A DNA stretch of 61,899 nucleotides, counting the filler, from Sphacelaria rigidula (Eukaryota), in the NCBI GenBank assembly GCA_964200075.2. It is 7 parts of 7 records of this genome, joined end to end, with 100 filler letters (N's around TTAATTAATTAA, not from the genome) between each part and the next. Parts side by side here need not be neighbours in the genome. Positions count along the whole stretch, not along the records: positions 35,430 to 44,186 come from CAXNAA020010179.1; positions 44,287 to 53,043 come from CAXNAA020010180.1; 5 more parts are not named here. One strand, given 5' to 3'. This document shows, one piece after another, positions 35,801 through 50,026 of this stretch; position 1 is the first letter of the stretch; each line of letters starts with the position of its first letter. The notes under the pieces are model-generated. The model ran no database searches, was not told the DNA's origin, and was given only the letters and a program-made list of their open reading frames with translations. Made by a program: the position numbers and the translations under genes.

Positions 35801-36197
35801 TCCCCTTCCGTCATATCNNNNNNNNNNATCATCTGCTCTCCCATTGTCTCCTATCCTTTTCCCGTGTCTCTTACTTCTATCTTCCCCTGCTTGATTGTTC
35901 TGCCCCTTGCCGGAGGAGGGGGGAGTGGGGGGGTACGCCAGGGGCCTCGACCTAAAATCCCGTGAGCGCTAGACCTCTTTCCGGAACAACGGCCTCAGGT
36001 AGCCTTCGATACCGGTGAAGTCTGATGCTATAGCTCACCAATCCTTTGTATCTGCAAGTACCATCCCCAGAGAGACAATCATATCGTGTATCTTGTAGTC
36101 TTCAACCCCTCAACCCACGTGTAGTGCTCAACTAAAGATAGTTTCCATACTTTCCCAGCTGCGAACCTAGCATTCATTCGTGGCATCCGACACTCAC

Positions 36198-36304
36198 GGG
36201 GTGAACACAAGGATTTCGATTCTACTTTGATACGTTCGATAAGGAAACATGATCCGAACGTAGAGACAAGTAACCCCCAGATTATTGAAAATCGGGCAAT
36301 CTCT
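36198..36304 (-). CDS. Candidate exon of minus-strand hypothetical gene
   Basis: Pyrimidine tract, cag|RDCPIFNNLGVTCLYVRIMFPYRTYQSRIEILVFT|gtgagt. Confidence 0.4.
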
Positions 36305-37829
36305 CTGGGTAGATGGATAGCAGCGTGCTCAAAGGTCAACAACAGAGAAAAAAACAACGATATCTGAGTGACTGATTGCCACCAATGACAAAATGTCATT
36401 CAAAAAGAACAACGACCAGACACGCCTAGGTTACATGCACACAGCAACCACGTCTGATAGCAGATTTTCGTAGCATACTTGGGTGAGCTCATGAGGCACG
36501 TACACAACAACGTTTACCTCACCTAAGATGGGGGCACTCGGGGTATTCCCTCAAGCTGGATGCGCTCGGGATATTTCCCGGCAACAAAATGCATCAATTT
36601 TCATTTCAAACATTGCTCTTGCCGCCATGGTGCCATACAAAACAAATTTAACAATTATACCCGCATACGGTAGAGGTCTGAGGCCACATTCTCTCGCTAT
36701 GTATCAGCGACCTCATGCGCCAACCATGGATTACCGTGGTGCTCTCGGGATCATTGGCATACACTAGATATTTGTGGGACATGTGTGAAAAACATCATGA
36801 CCACAGAAGGACGTGGGGGTTCAGGGCCAGCTCTGGCACACAGCACGAAGCAGAGCATATACTCTGTAATACGGGATAGAACATGGCAATACTTGTGGGT
36901 TTACTTACATGCCAATTTTGTTCGAGTGGATGATCCTGGTAACATTCCCGAGTTATATATGAAGCTGACGAGTAGCGAACCCAACACCCTGTGGTTACAG
37001 ATCAATCGAAGGTGTTCCATGTATACCAATACACCGATGAATGTTTCGATTCATTAATACAGTTGCTTCTACGATGAAGATATCAAAAAAAATCGCGAAT
37101 GCAGGTTTATTTCCTCAGACAGATAGAGTGCGTCATCTGCTGAATCGGCATCAAGTTTACTTGAAAACAAATATGCATGATCCAGATGGACTACCCTCGC
37201 GGTCTAAGGGTGAGGCCGGAGACAGATGCATGCAAGTGGCATGAGATTTTCCGGTTTACCAGAAATAAATGATGCATGAACTCTGATTGGCCAACGTCGC
37301 TCGGTCGACGCCTGACACTACCCATGGTGTTTGGAGCGGAAAGATTCTTCGACATGGATGACGTCATCCAGGGGATTTCGGTATGTCGTCCGTCCATATT
37401 TCGGGGGGGCGGGGGGGGTAAATTTCCCGTAAGTTTATTCACCGCGCAACAGCACTTTCTTGCTTCGGCATCGTGATTGCTCACAATATGTACTCCCTCC
37501 CTCGCCGAGGGTTCATAATTTGTACGTCGTTGGGGTCGCGGTGATTCCGCCGGGGTGTGTTCCGTTGGTAGCTGAATGATAAACAGCGGTGAAAGGGAGC
37601 AGAGTAGTTCATCTGGGGCTTACATTTATTTCTATTAAGTAAAAATGACGTCGATGTAACAGATGGCTCAATCTTGCGGTCTGAGGCTCAACCCTCTCAC
37701 CACAAGAGATTGAGATCATGTAGATTTGAAACACGAAGCGATGTATGGGCGTTGACATGCATGTATGATGGACTCGAAGGAACGAACCGCTGCTTCGGGG
37801 TAAAAGGGGTGAGCTAATCGGGTAGTCAC

Positions 37830-37937
37830 CTGCAACTCCTGAATGACCTCCATCGGGGACTGTTCGTGCTCAGGTTCACGTTTGGGCTCCTCGGTCTCTG
37901 ATTTCTCCCCCTGTTTGCCATGGAAAACACCGTCCAT
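37830..37937 (-). CDS. Exon of minus-strand hypothetical gene
   Basis: cag|MDGVFHGKQGEKSETEEPKREPEHEQSPMEVIQELQ|gtgact; 108 nt, phase 0-0. Confidence 0.55.
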
Positions 37938-38207
37938 CTGATGATGAAAACGCACGACGAACACATACGGGTTTTCAGTGTGGTGTACTACGCCGCACTG
38001 TGCTGCAAGGCGAAATGTTAAATAGGTTCTACGTTACGTCCGACGCCAGATTCGAGTACCGCCCCCTTGAAAACAGGGAAGATCATTGCCTAAGTCACGG
38101 GAGGTAAGCCACGGGGAAGAGGCCGCGTGTTCGTTCTAGTGTATGTGTCTGTGTTTGTGTGTGTGTGTAGACGAGGCCTCGGGTGAGCAGGAGGGAAAGT
38201 GACTGAC

Positions 38208-38315
38208 GTTAACGAAGGTGCTTGCTCTCGCCCATCTTTGGAGTATGATGACGCTCCGACGGCGGATATGAGTGGTGAACCGAGGCAACGGCATACCCGT
38301 TGCACAGAGAACACT
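38208..38315 (-). CDS. Exon with IQ-like motif, minus-strand hypothetical gene
   Basis: aag|SVLCATGMPLPRFTTHIRRRSVIILQRWARASTFVN|gtcagt; 108 nt, phase 0-0. Confidence 0.45.
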
Positions 38316-39174
38316 CTTGAACACGCACAGGGGGGCGGTATCTGTCACACGTAGGTGTGTTAGATGGACAGAGTAAAGACGAATATAAAAGAGAGATTCG
38401 CAAATGGACAACACGCATCACCTTTGAATGAACGGAACACGAGAGAGAATTTGCTCGACCCTTGTCACGATAGGGTCGCTACCACCTCTGAAGTCACTCC
38501 TCGCTGTGATCATGAAGTCAATCTTGAGGAGTCACGGTACATGCATACTCGCATACACCGTCCGAACTTATTCGTTTCTTTTTCATGTGTTCTTGTTCGT
38601 GGCGAATGGCGCTTGTACATAGCGTAGATGTAATGATGTTCCGAACGGACGAAGCACAGTCAATTCTGAAAAGCCTGCGAGATAAACTCGTAGTCCGTCT
38701 TGGTAGGGCGAAGCCCCCATACGTCGTGAGCAGAGGGAAGGGGGAAGGGAGGGGTATCCCGTCATGATATGAATCGTATGTGGGTGGGCAGTACGTGCAG
38801 TGTTGTCCCGTGTTTTCAAACGGAGTAATGTCATAGCCCAACACCAGAAAACAACAGCCGCGTGGCTTAAGCTCACGATGGTGTCAACGAGTGAATAAAG
38901 CCGCATCCAATTATAGGAAACAAAATAATAATAGCGAGGAAGCGATGACGAAATACTGTTTCCTAGTAGATAGAAACCCTTCCCGAAAAAACTGGCACTT
39001 TCCGACACTACATGAAGCATACAGATCAACACGGCAAGTGCAGGGAACATAGCAACGATGAACGTTCGAAAAGCAAAGGGAGAAAAAAAAAACGATACAG
39101 GGAGCGGGCGAACTAGAGAGAATATGAAGAAAACTCATAGCAAGGAAAGTGTCGGATGACACGCCTCAACCTCC

Positions 39175-39240
39175 CCTTCTTTTTTCTTCTTTTTTCTTCT
39201 TTTTTCTTCTTTTTTCTTCTTTTTTCTTCTTTTTTCTTCA
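39175..39240 (+). repeat. (CTTTTTTCTT)n minisatellite, ~6 units
   Basis: Perfect 10-bp period visible in sequence. Confidence 0.9.
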
Positions 39241-39418
39241 CTGAGTGTTTCAGTTTCGTTTTGTCTCGGGTACGTGTATCATGTGGAATATGACCACGGC
39301 TGGATCATGACTACCTGGGGGATCAGGTAAAGTGCGACAATCAAACCATAAATTGAACCGTGTGTTTCTTAAGCCATCAAAGTCAAAAGGACACAATACA
39401 GAAATAGCAAAGTCTCAC

Positions 39419-40206
39419 CCGAAATACCGCACTGCGCTCGACACGACGTCCCAGCGATTCCGTCGCCTCATGAAACCCACTGGCCGCACGGCTGACCTCG
39501 TACACATCGTACGACCCAGACACCGATACCTCGGTGCCATTGGCGACAGAGTCCTTTTCCGCGCAAGGGGTACCTCCCTCTTGCCTATTCCTCTCGCTAC
39601 ACCACTCCTCGCAGTCCATAAACCTGTCCTCTGCCGCATGTCTCTCCATATCCGTCTGCGTAGCCTTGCTCACCCTGTACGTCGTTTGGTCCGGCTCATT
39701 AATCGCTGTCTCCTTCCTCATACTTGAGATGCCCCCGTCGTGCCTGCCGCGCCCCTCTCCACTCTCCATACCGGAGGTACCCCGAATTTTCATACTCATA
39801 CCCTCATCTTCTCTCGGGGATGCCACCACGGACACCACGTTGGTCAGACGACTGCTCAGCATGCTGTGAGAACGAGGCCAACTCCCACCTGTCACTCCAA
39901 CACCACCCCGAAGTTTCACATCCACCCTACCCCCCAGTTCGTCGTTGATCGAGGATGCAGAGGATGACGTTTCGCGGAAAGAACGTCTACCAAATGGTGC
40001 TGTGGCGTGTGCTGCCGCGCTCCTGGGGTAAAGATGCTGAGTGTTGGCCTTATTTTCGGTCGAGTCGAAACCGCCGGCGGTAGTTAACCGGCCTCCTTCG
40101 TGAATTTCGGAACATATTTGTACCTGCGGTTTTGTCAGTGCAGTGTATTTTTTCGATTCGAACGGACACTTCCGGGTGTATTCATCTGGTTCTTGTTGTT
40201 GCTGCT

Positions 40207-40237
<31 letters not shown>

Positions 40238-40639
40238 CTGTTCGTCTTGCCTCGAGAGAACTTCTCCTGGGGAGTGCTTTTCGTCATTGACGAAGCCGTC
40301 GTTCTGTTTCGTCCTATCCGAGTGTTCCGGCCGGTACGTGTTTTTTCGGATCGCTGCGACAATTTTCTCCATGCGTCGCCACGTGTTCCACATGTTATCC
40401 ACTAACGCAGCACAGCGTTCAGCACTCGTCAGATTACGAGAATCAGTAGTAGCAAAAGTACTCTCCGCCGGAGTAGCAGCATCAGAACGTGCAGAAGCGT
40501 CCTCCTCGCGAACAGCTTTGCTTCCGAACCGCTCATCAGTGTCCTTGTTCTTATCTTTGTCATCGTCATCGCCAGGCGTTTCCTGAAGTTCTAGGTGCTT
40601 GATCAGGGAATCCACCACTGTGCCCAAGCTCGAATACAA
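39419..40639 (-). CDS. Large low-complexity exon (polyH/polyQ) of hypothetical protein
   Basis: Within 456-aa ORF 39383-40753; cag|LYSSLGTVVDSLIKHLELQE..HHHHHHQQQQQQQQQ..SAVFR|gtgaga; 1221 nt, phase 0-0. Confidence 0.72.
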
Positions 40640-41498
40640 CTGCATATCGGACACGGATAAAAAAATACCATAGTATCGGCATGGAACAGTTGGCACACGT
40701 GGCGAGACAAGAGCGCGGGGGAAGGAAGGGCGGCGGTGAGGGGAGCCCTTCAAACACCTCCGGGTGGGGAAGCGTGTCTAGCTGTTCTTCATCAAGTTAG
40801 TGTACTGCCGATTCAAGAGGTTGATACACCTGGGTGCTTCAGGGGCTACCCGGATAAAATCGAGCCCGTATTACGTTATGACCGTTCTACGCTCGTAGAG
40901 TGATTTGCTCACATATCTGCAGCGAACGGATGGAGAGGTCGGGTGCCTTTTGTGAGAGACAAGCAACCGAGCTTATAACCTGTGTGTTTAGGGTTGCGGA
41001 CAGAACTGAACACGTGGACGAGGCAACCGAACGTCAACCCACAGGACTGGCTGACTACCTCCACGTCACCTGACCAGAGTAGAACCAGGGTCTCGGCATA
41101 CGTACCATGATACAGGTCGTCGGGGGAGGGATATCTGTGGGTATGTACGGTACATGATGACACCTCGTGTTGAACACTTGGAAAAATTCGGTTTAGAGCA
41201 AAACACTCGACGCGGTAAATTGGTGTGAGACCCGAGGAAGGGTGCTTCATAGATTCGAGCTGCCAAGCATTAGGTCTCAGAGGTCGAAGTCTTGAAATAT
41301 TTCAGTTTTGGAATTCTCGTCAAACACGTGATCTTTCTTTTCAAAAATATCAATTTTTGACTTGATCTCAGTGTGACGGGGGCGGGCCAGGTGTTTGGGG
41401 GTCCAGTCTATAAAGCACCCTTGGGGGGGGGGGGGGGGAGGTCTATTTTTTGTTGGCCTTGGGTTTTTGAACACGCACCCCGACTCTTNNNNNNNNNN

Positions 41499-42510
41499 CT
41501 TGCCTTAGTCGTTTGACCACTGACCACGCATCCTTTCCGAGACGGAGCACCGTTCCTACTCCTAATAGAGACACCTTCAACATTCCGGCGCTCATTACGT
41601 TTTTTCCATACATTCCACAAAAACCGTTTACATATCTCATCCGCGTCCCGTTTCGCCGTCTGTGGCCACCATCTATCTCCTAGTATAGCCATCGTTTTCT
41701 CGCGACTGTCTAACGCGTCAAACGGTTTCATGCCACCTTCGCTCAGGTCCCGCAGTTCCCCCTGTAGCACGTCCCGTTCCTCCTTGTATAGTTCACATTC
41801 TTCAATTACATGACTTCTACTCTCTATTGCTTTGCCACAGGAGCATTTCTGTGCATCTACTTCCTTCTCCTTTCGACTACAGTACTAGTATACCTGTTTC
41901 TTCTTTCTGGTAAGTCCAGGTCCCCCACCCGGAATCGCAGTTCCAATTTTTTCGCCGCGTCCATTGGGCCACGCAAACATGTTTTCATCCCTTTCCCCTC
42001 TCTCAACCACCCGTGTATCTTCACGTTTTTTTCATCATCTACTTTGCATCTGAGCGCTCATTTTCCCCTTATTTTCATCATGTCTCTTACTTTTGTCTTG
42101 TACCCCGCTCCTTCACCTATGGACACCATTTCGTCTTGATTTCTTCCTGTCTCCTTTCATACTTTCTCGACTTCTTTATCCCACCTTATTCCAGCCCGCT
42201 CTTTCGTAATTTTCTTCCATGCAGCCCTGTCAACTATAACTGGCAATCTCTTTATCTGCATATTCTTTACGTTATATTGCCATCTCGATTTTCTCGTATC
42301 CCTGTTTGTTTCAAGGGAGTACATCCCCAACTCTGCTCTTAAAACTGAATTACTCGTCGTTTTCGAGCATCCAAGTATTTCTTTTGCTGCTGCCGCCTGT
42401 ACTGTTTCCAACTTCTTCACCAATTTCACGTTCCCTCCCATACTTCTCCTGCGTATTTCAGCTTTGGTACAATCACGCTCATAAGGGTACACCTCTTAAT
42501 CCTAGCATTT
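41499..42510 (-). mobile_element. LINE 3' portion (post-RT / Cys-His region), degenerate
   Basis: LETVQAAAAKEILGCSKTTSNSVLRAELGMYSL..; KTMAILGDRWWPQTAK..FLWNVWKKRNERR; homologous to 50027-50780 and 53640-53703. Confidence 0.78.
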
Positions 42511-43272
42511 AGGGTGCGAGTCTCTGAGGATCACGTGAAGGGGGGTGGAGTCATCGCAAATGAGATCAAACCTCCCCTCAGTACAGGGTATCATGGGAGC
42601 AGGTGAGCCAGTTCAATATGGAGAAGAATCGCACATGAACGTGCACAACACGACACTGTACGAGACTGTATAAAACTCTGTAGACACAACACGCCACAGA
42701 GAAGACACAAAATAGAGGTGATCCGCAACACACACGTTCTAGGTGCGCCAACATTTCCCCTGAAGGCCGATCGGACAAGTAATCACTTACAGGTCACCTG
42801 GCAATCCTGTTGCCGTAGTTTCATGCTGTAATCGAATGGTGTTCGTGCCCATTCCAGTTCTCCTCTCTCAAGTGAAAATACTTTTTTTTTTTTCATATAC
42901 GCAAGAAAAAAAGCACCTCTAAAATTAATTCACTCTTCCTTTGTCCCACAAGTCTGGTCGGTTATGGGCATCTTTTTGTTTGGGTGCAACGGTGTCGACG
43001 ATGACCTAATAGCTGGCTTCCGTAGGAAGATAAAGCGCATACGAAGCTGATGAAAGGAAAGGAAACAAAATAACCTTGTTTTCATATACTAAAATCAGGT
43101 CAAAATATACCCCATTTTGGCCATTTTTTTTAGAATTCTTATGAGAAATGTTTTTGATATTTACTTGGAGAATTCGTGCAAAACATCCCATACCCAACCC
43201 ACAGACATCACAATACGATGAACTTACCCCCGAGTACCCCCCCCGTCTCGCCGTACGGGTGGCGAGCTACAA

Positions 43273-43740
43273 TTGGGTCGCCGCTATGCGATTGCGATGA
43301 AGGTTGCTCGATATTCCACCGGGCAAGGTGAGGATGCCCAAGGGCTCGCTGGGGCCAATTTGCGAACGCTACGGTGTTGGTCCCGAGTACCCGACGAAAC
43401 TATGACAGAACGCCAAAGCCCAGATCGATGCTACCCAGCAGCTCGACCATTCGAACAAAACGAGGACTGGACACCCATTGCTTCTCACGCCAAAACAGTT
43501 ACGGCGCTGAAGAACGTCAACAAGCAGAATCGATCATTTACGCTGCGGCAGGTGTGCGATCAGCTGAAAGACGTCGTGCTGGATTACGGCACGGATACCG
43601 TGCAGCGGTGGTTCAAGAGGGAAGGGGCGGCAAAGGTGACTCGCCGCATCAAACCCCCCCTTTCCCCTGCGTAAAAGCTTCGCCGAATCGACTTCATCTG
43701 CGATCAGGTAGACGACACGACCGGTCATTTCCTCGACCGA
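43273..43740 (+). pseudogene. Tc1/mariner (IS630-like) transposase remnant, HTH/linker region only
   Basis: FTLRQVCDQL..YGTDTVQRWFKREG..RIKPPLSPA*KLRRIDFICDQVD..HFLD resembles the HTH plus KPxL..K..R..F linker before the first catalytic Asp; in-frame stop, then truncated. Confidence 0.6.
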
Positions 43741-44286
43741 CTAGTTATTCATCTTTGATATTTTGTTTGCCCCTGAGAAAGGGGCGAAATACGATCATTT
43801 TCGGGCCGACAGAGTTTTTTGCGGCCGTCCGGCCGCATAGTTCAACAGCGAGCTACAAGCAAAAGAGATATGCTCCTAACAAGACAAAACAGCCGAGAAA
43901 TCGGGAAAAAAAACATTGAAAATCAAATTGGACACGGGTAAGGGCTCGTACAAACATTACCAATCAGACTTATGGGACGGAGCAAGTATCATGGTATGCA
44001 CATTGTGAGTACCTCCATACACATGTAAAACCGGAGATGAGTACGTCACAAGAAACGGGTCCGACCGTGACATAGATGAAAGGTTCCAAAACCCTCACAC
44101 CTATACAAATGAATCTCTGGGTCCCTAAGGAACGGGGTCATACGGTAGCAAGAGCTCAACATGAAAGAGTCACCGTAGGAACCCAGNNNNNNNNNNNNNN
44201 NNNNNNNNNNNNNNNNNNNNNNNNNNNNNNTTAATTAATTAANNNNNNNNNNNNNNNNNNNNNNNNNNNNNNNNNNNNNNNNNNNN

Positions 44287-44480
44287 TTTATCGCGAGAGG
44301 GGTTCAGCAGTCCCTTCCCCTCGTCGACCGTTGAGCCGAATTTTGTGTACCCACGACATAGTCACTCTCCACTGTTGGGCATGGTATGAGGAAAGATTCC
44401 AGATCGCTCCGGGAATCAAACCCCCCTACTCAACCATCAGAAGATCACGAGGTTACCAACTGAGCCACCGGGGCGACCGG
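44287..44480 (-). mobile_element. SINE family B 5' part with tRNA-like head
   Basis: Minus strand: ccggtcgccccggTGGCTCAGTTGGtaacc...GGTTTGATTCCc (A and B boxes); body matches 8657-8758. Confidence 0.75.
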
Positions 44481-45552
44481 TCCTCGACGTAAAAACGTCC
44501 AAAATCGGTCAACATTGAGGTGTAAGTGGACCAAGAAGGGGCAAAATGGGATACATTTCGACGTAATTCTAGTATTGAAAACAAGTTTTGTTTTTCACTT
44601 CTTTTCTTGAGTCAGCTTCGTCTGCGCGTAATCTCTCTAACAAACCCAACTGTAGGATGATCGTCAGCGTTGAAATACCCAAACGATCAAACGAACATAA
44701 CGGCACAGACTTATGAGACAGAGGAAGTATGTGACCAGTTTCGTTGGTGCGCGTATAGATTGTTTCCCGTTCCATATGTTGGTGTTGGCAGAGATCCGAT
44801 CTGTGGCTGTTGCCCTGTGGCACGTGAGGCATACACAGCCTGGAGATTTTTCAAAAGGAGTATAGCACATGCAGGACCCATACCTGCAAGGTTTGGCGTC
44901 GTTGGTGCCCCCCACGTTTTGTGAGCTTGGGAGTGATCGGCTGTACGACAAACCTTGAACCATTCTCCGCCCTGTTCCTCATTATGAATCGAATCCCAGC
45001 GTAGCTGGTAAACAATTCAAGGACGTTTCAAGTTCGAACAGAGGATGCTGCTGATATCACCAGTAGATTTTTGCCCCGCCACCTTGTCCGTGGTGCAATG
45101 ACAAAAGCACGGTTGTTCAGGCGCCCCGCTTTTGACAGTTCCGCACGCTTACGTGAGATGACACCTTCTTGCACAATCGTTCTTGTTTTTTATTCCATTG
45201 CTGACTGTCGACTGTAGAGATCAAACCAAACGTGGAATTTTGATTTTTTGCTATCGGTTTTGGCGAAAACCCGCGCTCGACTTGCTGTATGATGTACTAT
45301 TTTCACTCGCTTCCGGTTTTTTCTACTCGAATCACCGGGGGAGGGATGACGTTGGTGGTTTCCCGTTGTTTCGTGCTTTTTCAGCACTCTAGACACCCCG
45401 CGTGCTTCCTGAAGCACACTTTTTGTTCATCAACTCTTTACCCTGACCGTCGACAAAAACCGAAACTTCACAGGACAAGCACGGTGGGCATACTAACTAG
45501 CCTCGAGGGAAACGTTTTTTGCCAAGGCCAAGCCCAACCCTCGCCCCCAAAG

Positions 45553-45616
45553 TTTCTTTGGGTGTACTCATGATCATGGACTATGGCATGCATGATCATG
45601 AGTACACCCAAAGAAA
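45553..45616. other. Perfect 26-bp stem hairpin, 12-nt loop
   Basis: tttctttgggtgtactcatgatcatg-gactatggcatg-catgatcatgagtacacccaaagaaa. Confidence 0.9.
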
Positions 45617-48600
45617 GTAGGTCGTGAACCTCCAGGCTCGGTGGGGTTTTAGTGCCCAAGTGCCTAGATACCTCTTCGAGCGTGGCTGCACGCATATCAT
45701 GGGTTTTGAAATCATGCGCCAAACTTTGTCACTCGGAAGCAGACTGAGATCGATCTGAACACTAGTGTAAACAATGTACCGACTCGGAAATAAACAACAG
45801 CGATGTTTGTGCCAGCTAGAGCTGCTGACAGGTTCGTGAATGCGGCGGTTGTTGCAGTTGTCGACGTAGTCCACTGTGTAACCTCACTTGAAGGTAAGGT
45901 GAAGCAAGACACTCGTCCGCCATATTTGGCAGGTTCGAAGATGACTTCGTTCCTCTAGTGGTCGTTGGTCCAACATGTTGGTGCCGGTTCAAGGATGATG
46001 TGATGAGGAAAAACAAGAGGCACGGATACGGCAACCCCCAAGCAAGTAGTCAGTAGCACTCGCCAAATACAAGCAGCAGTCAGCTGTATCGAACCTCCAA
46101 ATGTAGTTCGTGACCTTATCACTGCTGTTCAAACTGGAGCAAACTTGGAGCATCATACGTGTTCCGACTCCTTACTTGTGAGCAAGCTGCGGCGAACACG
46201 TTTTCACCGGATCTGCAGATAGGTTGAACGATGTCATCATTTATGCAGTGGTCGTTGATATCCCGACGGGTAACATCGTCAGTTGAAATCCGATGATGGC
46301 GATAATTGTTGTTTTCGCCAGATCTGCAAACAGGATCCGAGGATGTATTACTAGGTGCATCACACCTCCACTATACACTTCCTGTAGCATTTTCGACATA
46401 TTTTGGTCCCTACACTATGTTGAGGCTCGCGGTGTACACAAAAATATATCATGATGCCAATATCTCTTGCATAGTTCTTGTTCGGCACCTAGTGTCGCAA
46501 CAACGGGTCTTATCTCTTTCATCAGATGTGTGGCTAGCTACACGTCGACATATCAATCGCCACACATGATGAAACATGATCGGGCAGCATTATCGTGTCG
46601 TACATATGTCGGCATGAACCCACTCCACCTCGATGATATGAACATATACTGCGGCTACAAAGCTCCCAACTGTAGCACATACCAACATGTGTTACCGAGG
46701 CCCAGCATGTACTGTCTTCGATATCAACTTTGGGCATCTAGTGGAGATATACAGACGCATCTAGGGTGTTGAGTGTTTGCGGACCAATCAAAGATCTCGG
46801 TAATCTACCGCCGAGAACCGCCGTTGTGACATCCCACCGTGCAACGGTTCTGTACTGTACCGTATGCATATTGGTTTTCATTTGAAATGGTGGATTTTTG
46901 TGATTTTTTCGTAGTCGTCGATTTTCCATTTTTTTCGCGTGCCACCGCTTATCCCAGCGAGCGGTTGATCCCAGCGATTGAGAACCGGGAGATACTACTA
47001 GGCATCCGTTCCGCATAACAAAACAAAATTTGTCTCTGTGCTCAACATTTAACGACTTCCGAACTGAGCCGACAAGGGATGCTATTGGTCATTTTTGGTC
47101 CAAATACATTCATTTTAGGCTCTAGCGCAATGAAAAGGTAAGAAAGAAGAAGGAGAGTCCAAAAAACATTTTTCATGAGAGTGATCAGATTTGATTCACC
47201 CTCACCTGTGTTATTCAGAGCTCGGTTGGGCAATTTTCGATTTGGGGTACTTTTCTGAATTTTCTCGTCTAGACTCCGTTCTTGACGCTTATAAGTCTTG
47301 GCGTCGAGAGATATTGAAAAGAGAAGCAGGTCGTACTCAGAACCCAATCCTCAATAATTGTTGTTTTCGGCGAGATATCAAATACGTTCCTTGTTCATCG
47401 GGGAATGTTATCCACCATTACTGGCCCAAAATAATTTTTTCGGCTCCAGGGCAATAATTGGGTGAGCCAATTCGATAATGCAATCCTTCTCACGTTTTTG
47501 TGAAACCGATTGAAAGTGCTTCAACCGAGCAAAAATACTCAAGGGTCAGAACCTGGGGCTGGGTAATCTCAGGACCGCCCAAAACCGGTCAGCCCGTGAG
47601 GCGTTCAGCGATGACCACAAAATGTGATCTTATTTCGGAATGTAGAGGGGATGTTTTGTACTTACCGATCCCCAAACTGAGGGATCAAACGTTCACTGGG
47701 ATGAGCGGGGCCCGGGAAAATGCTTTCCAATATCCCCGGTGACGAAAAGGCTACGAAAAGCTTTTTTTTCACATGTTTACTACAGTACTATGATCGGGTA
47801 GGCATGGAAAGGAAGCAGGTGAATTGCGACCCCGACAGCCGTCATGTGTGTGCATTCCCAAGTGCAGGACTTGAGGAAAAAACGAGAAAGTAGAAACAAT
47901 GCGTTTACCCTAGTATCAGTGTTCCAAGAAAGGAAAGCACACGACACCAATTAACACCGAAAATAACGAACATGATCAGCAAAATATCGAAATATCGACG
48001 TTGCCTGGCTCACCACACCACGCCGAAGACGACAACAGCCCCTTCTTCCATCACCAAATAATACCGCACCCTGCAGTATTGTGCGGTCACTACACTGAGC
48101 AGAAAATCGCAGGAACAAAAACAAGTTACTTCATTCAAAAGCGGGAAAAGGCTATTGTGTTCAACTAGATGCAAATCAGAAGCTCCACCACGTCACCAGC
48201 CTCTTCCCCTTGCAAGTCGACGGTGTTCCTCTCGCGTTTGTTTTCCCTTTTCACTTGATGCTTACATACTCTTTGCTGAGACCCGTGGTCAGATGCAAGA
48301 ACAAAACATGTGCACACACAGTTATTGAACAGCCGCTTCCGAAGCCGCTTCTTCTGATCCCAACAAAATCTATCTGAAAAATGAGTTTCCGGTGATTTGT
48401 TCAGATGTTGCTCGAACCGTTCTTATGGAACCTTCAGAGAGAGAGAGAGAGAGAACGTTTCCAAACGGGGATTGCCTCCGATAGATGCTTCTCGTCGCCA
48501 TTTTGTTGAGGGAAACGACCTGTTGTCATAGAAATCAAGGTTTGTCGACCCAGAGGATCACCAGAACGCCTCCATCAAGCACAGTGCGGCCAGCTGTTCA

Positions 48601-50026
48601 GACAGAGGACATAAATGAGGATACAGCTGCACACGGCGAGTACAGACAGCACAGAGTACGATGCAGCAACACTACATTGCAGCCAGTGCCGCTGTGCAAC
48701 TGTACATCCAGCACCCACAGGTGTAGTATATAGTTATTCAGTACGTGCATGCAGCACCACGGCAGCAGCATACTGGAGGGTACGTGCAATTCAGCAGTGC
48801 AGATGGGGCAGTGTAGTACAGAAATACGGACAATGCAGAACGGCGGCCACTGTTTCGCACACAAGGTAAATTATTTAGAGTATCACGGTGGGCGGGCGTA
48901 CGCGCCATTTTTCTTTCGGAGTTGTACGAAACGGTTTCGAAAAGTGCTGTTCATGGAAGACCGTCACTGGCCGACCTTTTGCTTAGTCGTCAGATCATAG
49001 GCAACGGTCTCAACGACAAGGACATCGAAAAAAACATATATGATCGTCCCAATGAATCAAACCACAGATTGGGGTGGCATTTGCACCCTGGGCCAGATAC
49101 AGTACAGTTGCCGCGGGTTTTCTACGGCGAGTTCATCGTGGGGCACGTTTCTTTTTACGGTGTCTGCACTGTATGGTATGTGTTATCCACGGCCCGGTAT
49201 TACGTGGTAAATTTACACATAATCTGTTTTACGATACGGCACGACACAGTAACAGAAATCTGCGATGCGCTTTTAATTGTGAACGGGGCGTACAAGTTTT
49301 GGTTTCCGCGGTATGGTGGGGTGCTAGTCGCATATTCGTGCGTAAACCAGAAAACAAAATGTTCACAATACTGCGAAACACATTTCCGGTAAAAAAGAGC
49401 TCGCTTGGTTCGTATTATCTTGCTGGAATCTCCAGCCCAAGGCTCCCCCAGCCGTCGGCCAAATAATTGTAGCACATCTCTTCATGTGTGGTGAAATCTG
49501 CTATGCCGTTCTGTGCCGTTTGTATCATTACGTTGGTGTTTGCGTGTTTCTACAGTTCGCTCTGAAGGTCCGTCTTCACACGTACATTCGTTCTCCACCT
49601 GTTGTTGACGTCTGCCCCCCCTTTCTCAAGGTAGCAGCTTCGGTGTGCGTGTCTCCCAAAGCAGCTCAAGTCATCATGTTGTGATGTTGATTCCCGCTCG
49701 TGAATTCATTCGATGGTCGCTTCGTTCTCGACTTTTGACAACACGCCTCCTTCTTTAGCACGCCATTCCGTTCTATTCTACAGAAGTCTCGAAGAGAAAT
49801 ATTGTTGAATTTGTCATTTTCTTGTAACAGATGCCATCCACTACGCCGTGTTGCTGCCCTGACAACTCCGTGTGCTCATCTTCGAGACACATTTCACTGC
49901 CCTGAGCGTCATTCCAGCTGTACCGTCATTCCAGCTGTACCCCAAAATTCGGAGGCGCCGCTTGCTTACATTTCTAGCATGTGTGTTGTTTGCGAAACTC
50001 CGCCTCTAAATAATCATGGCAGCTGT

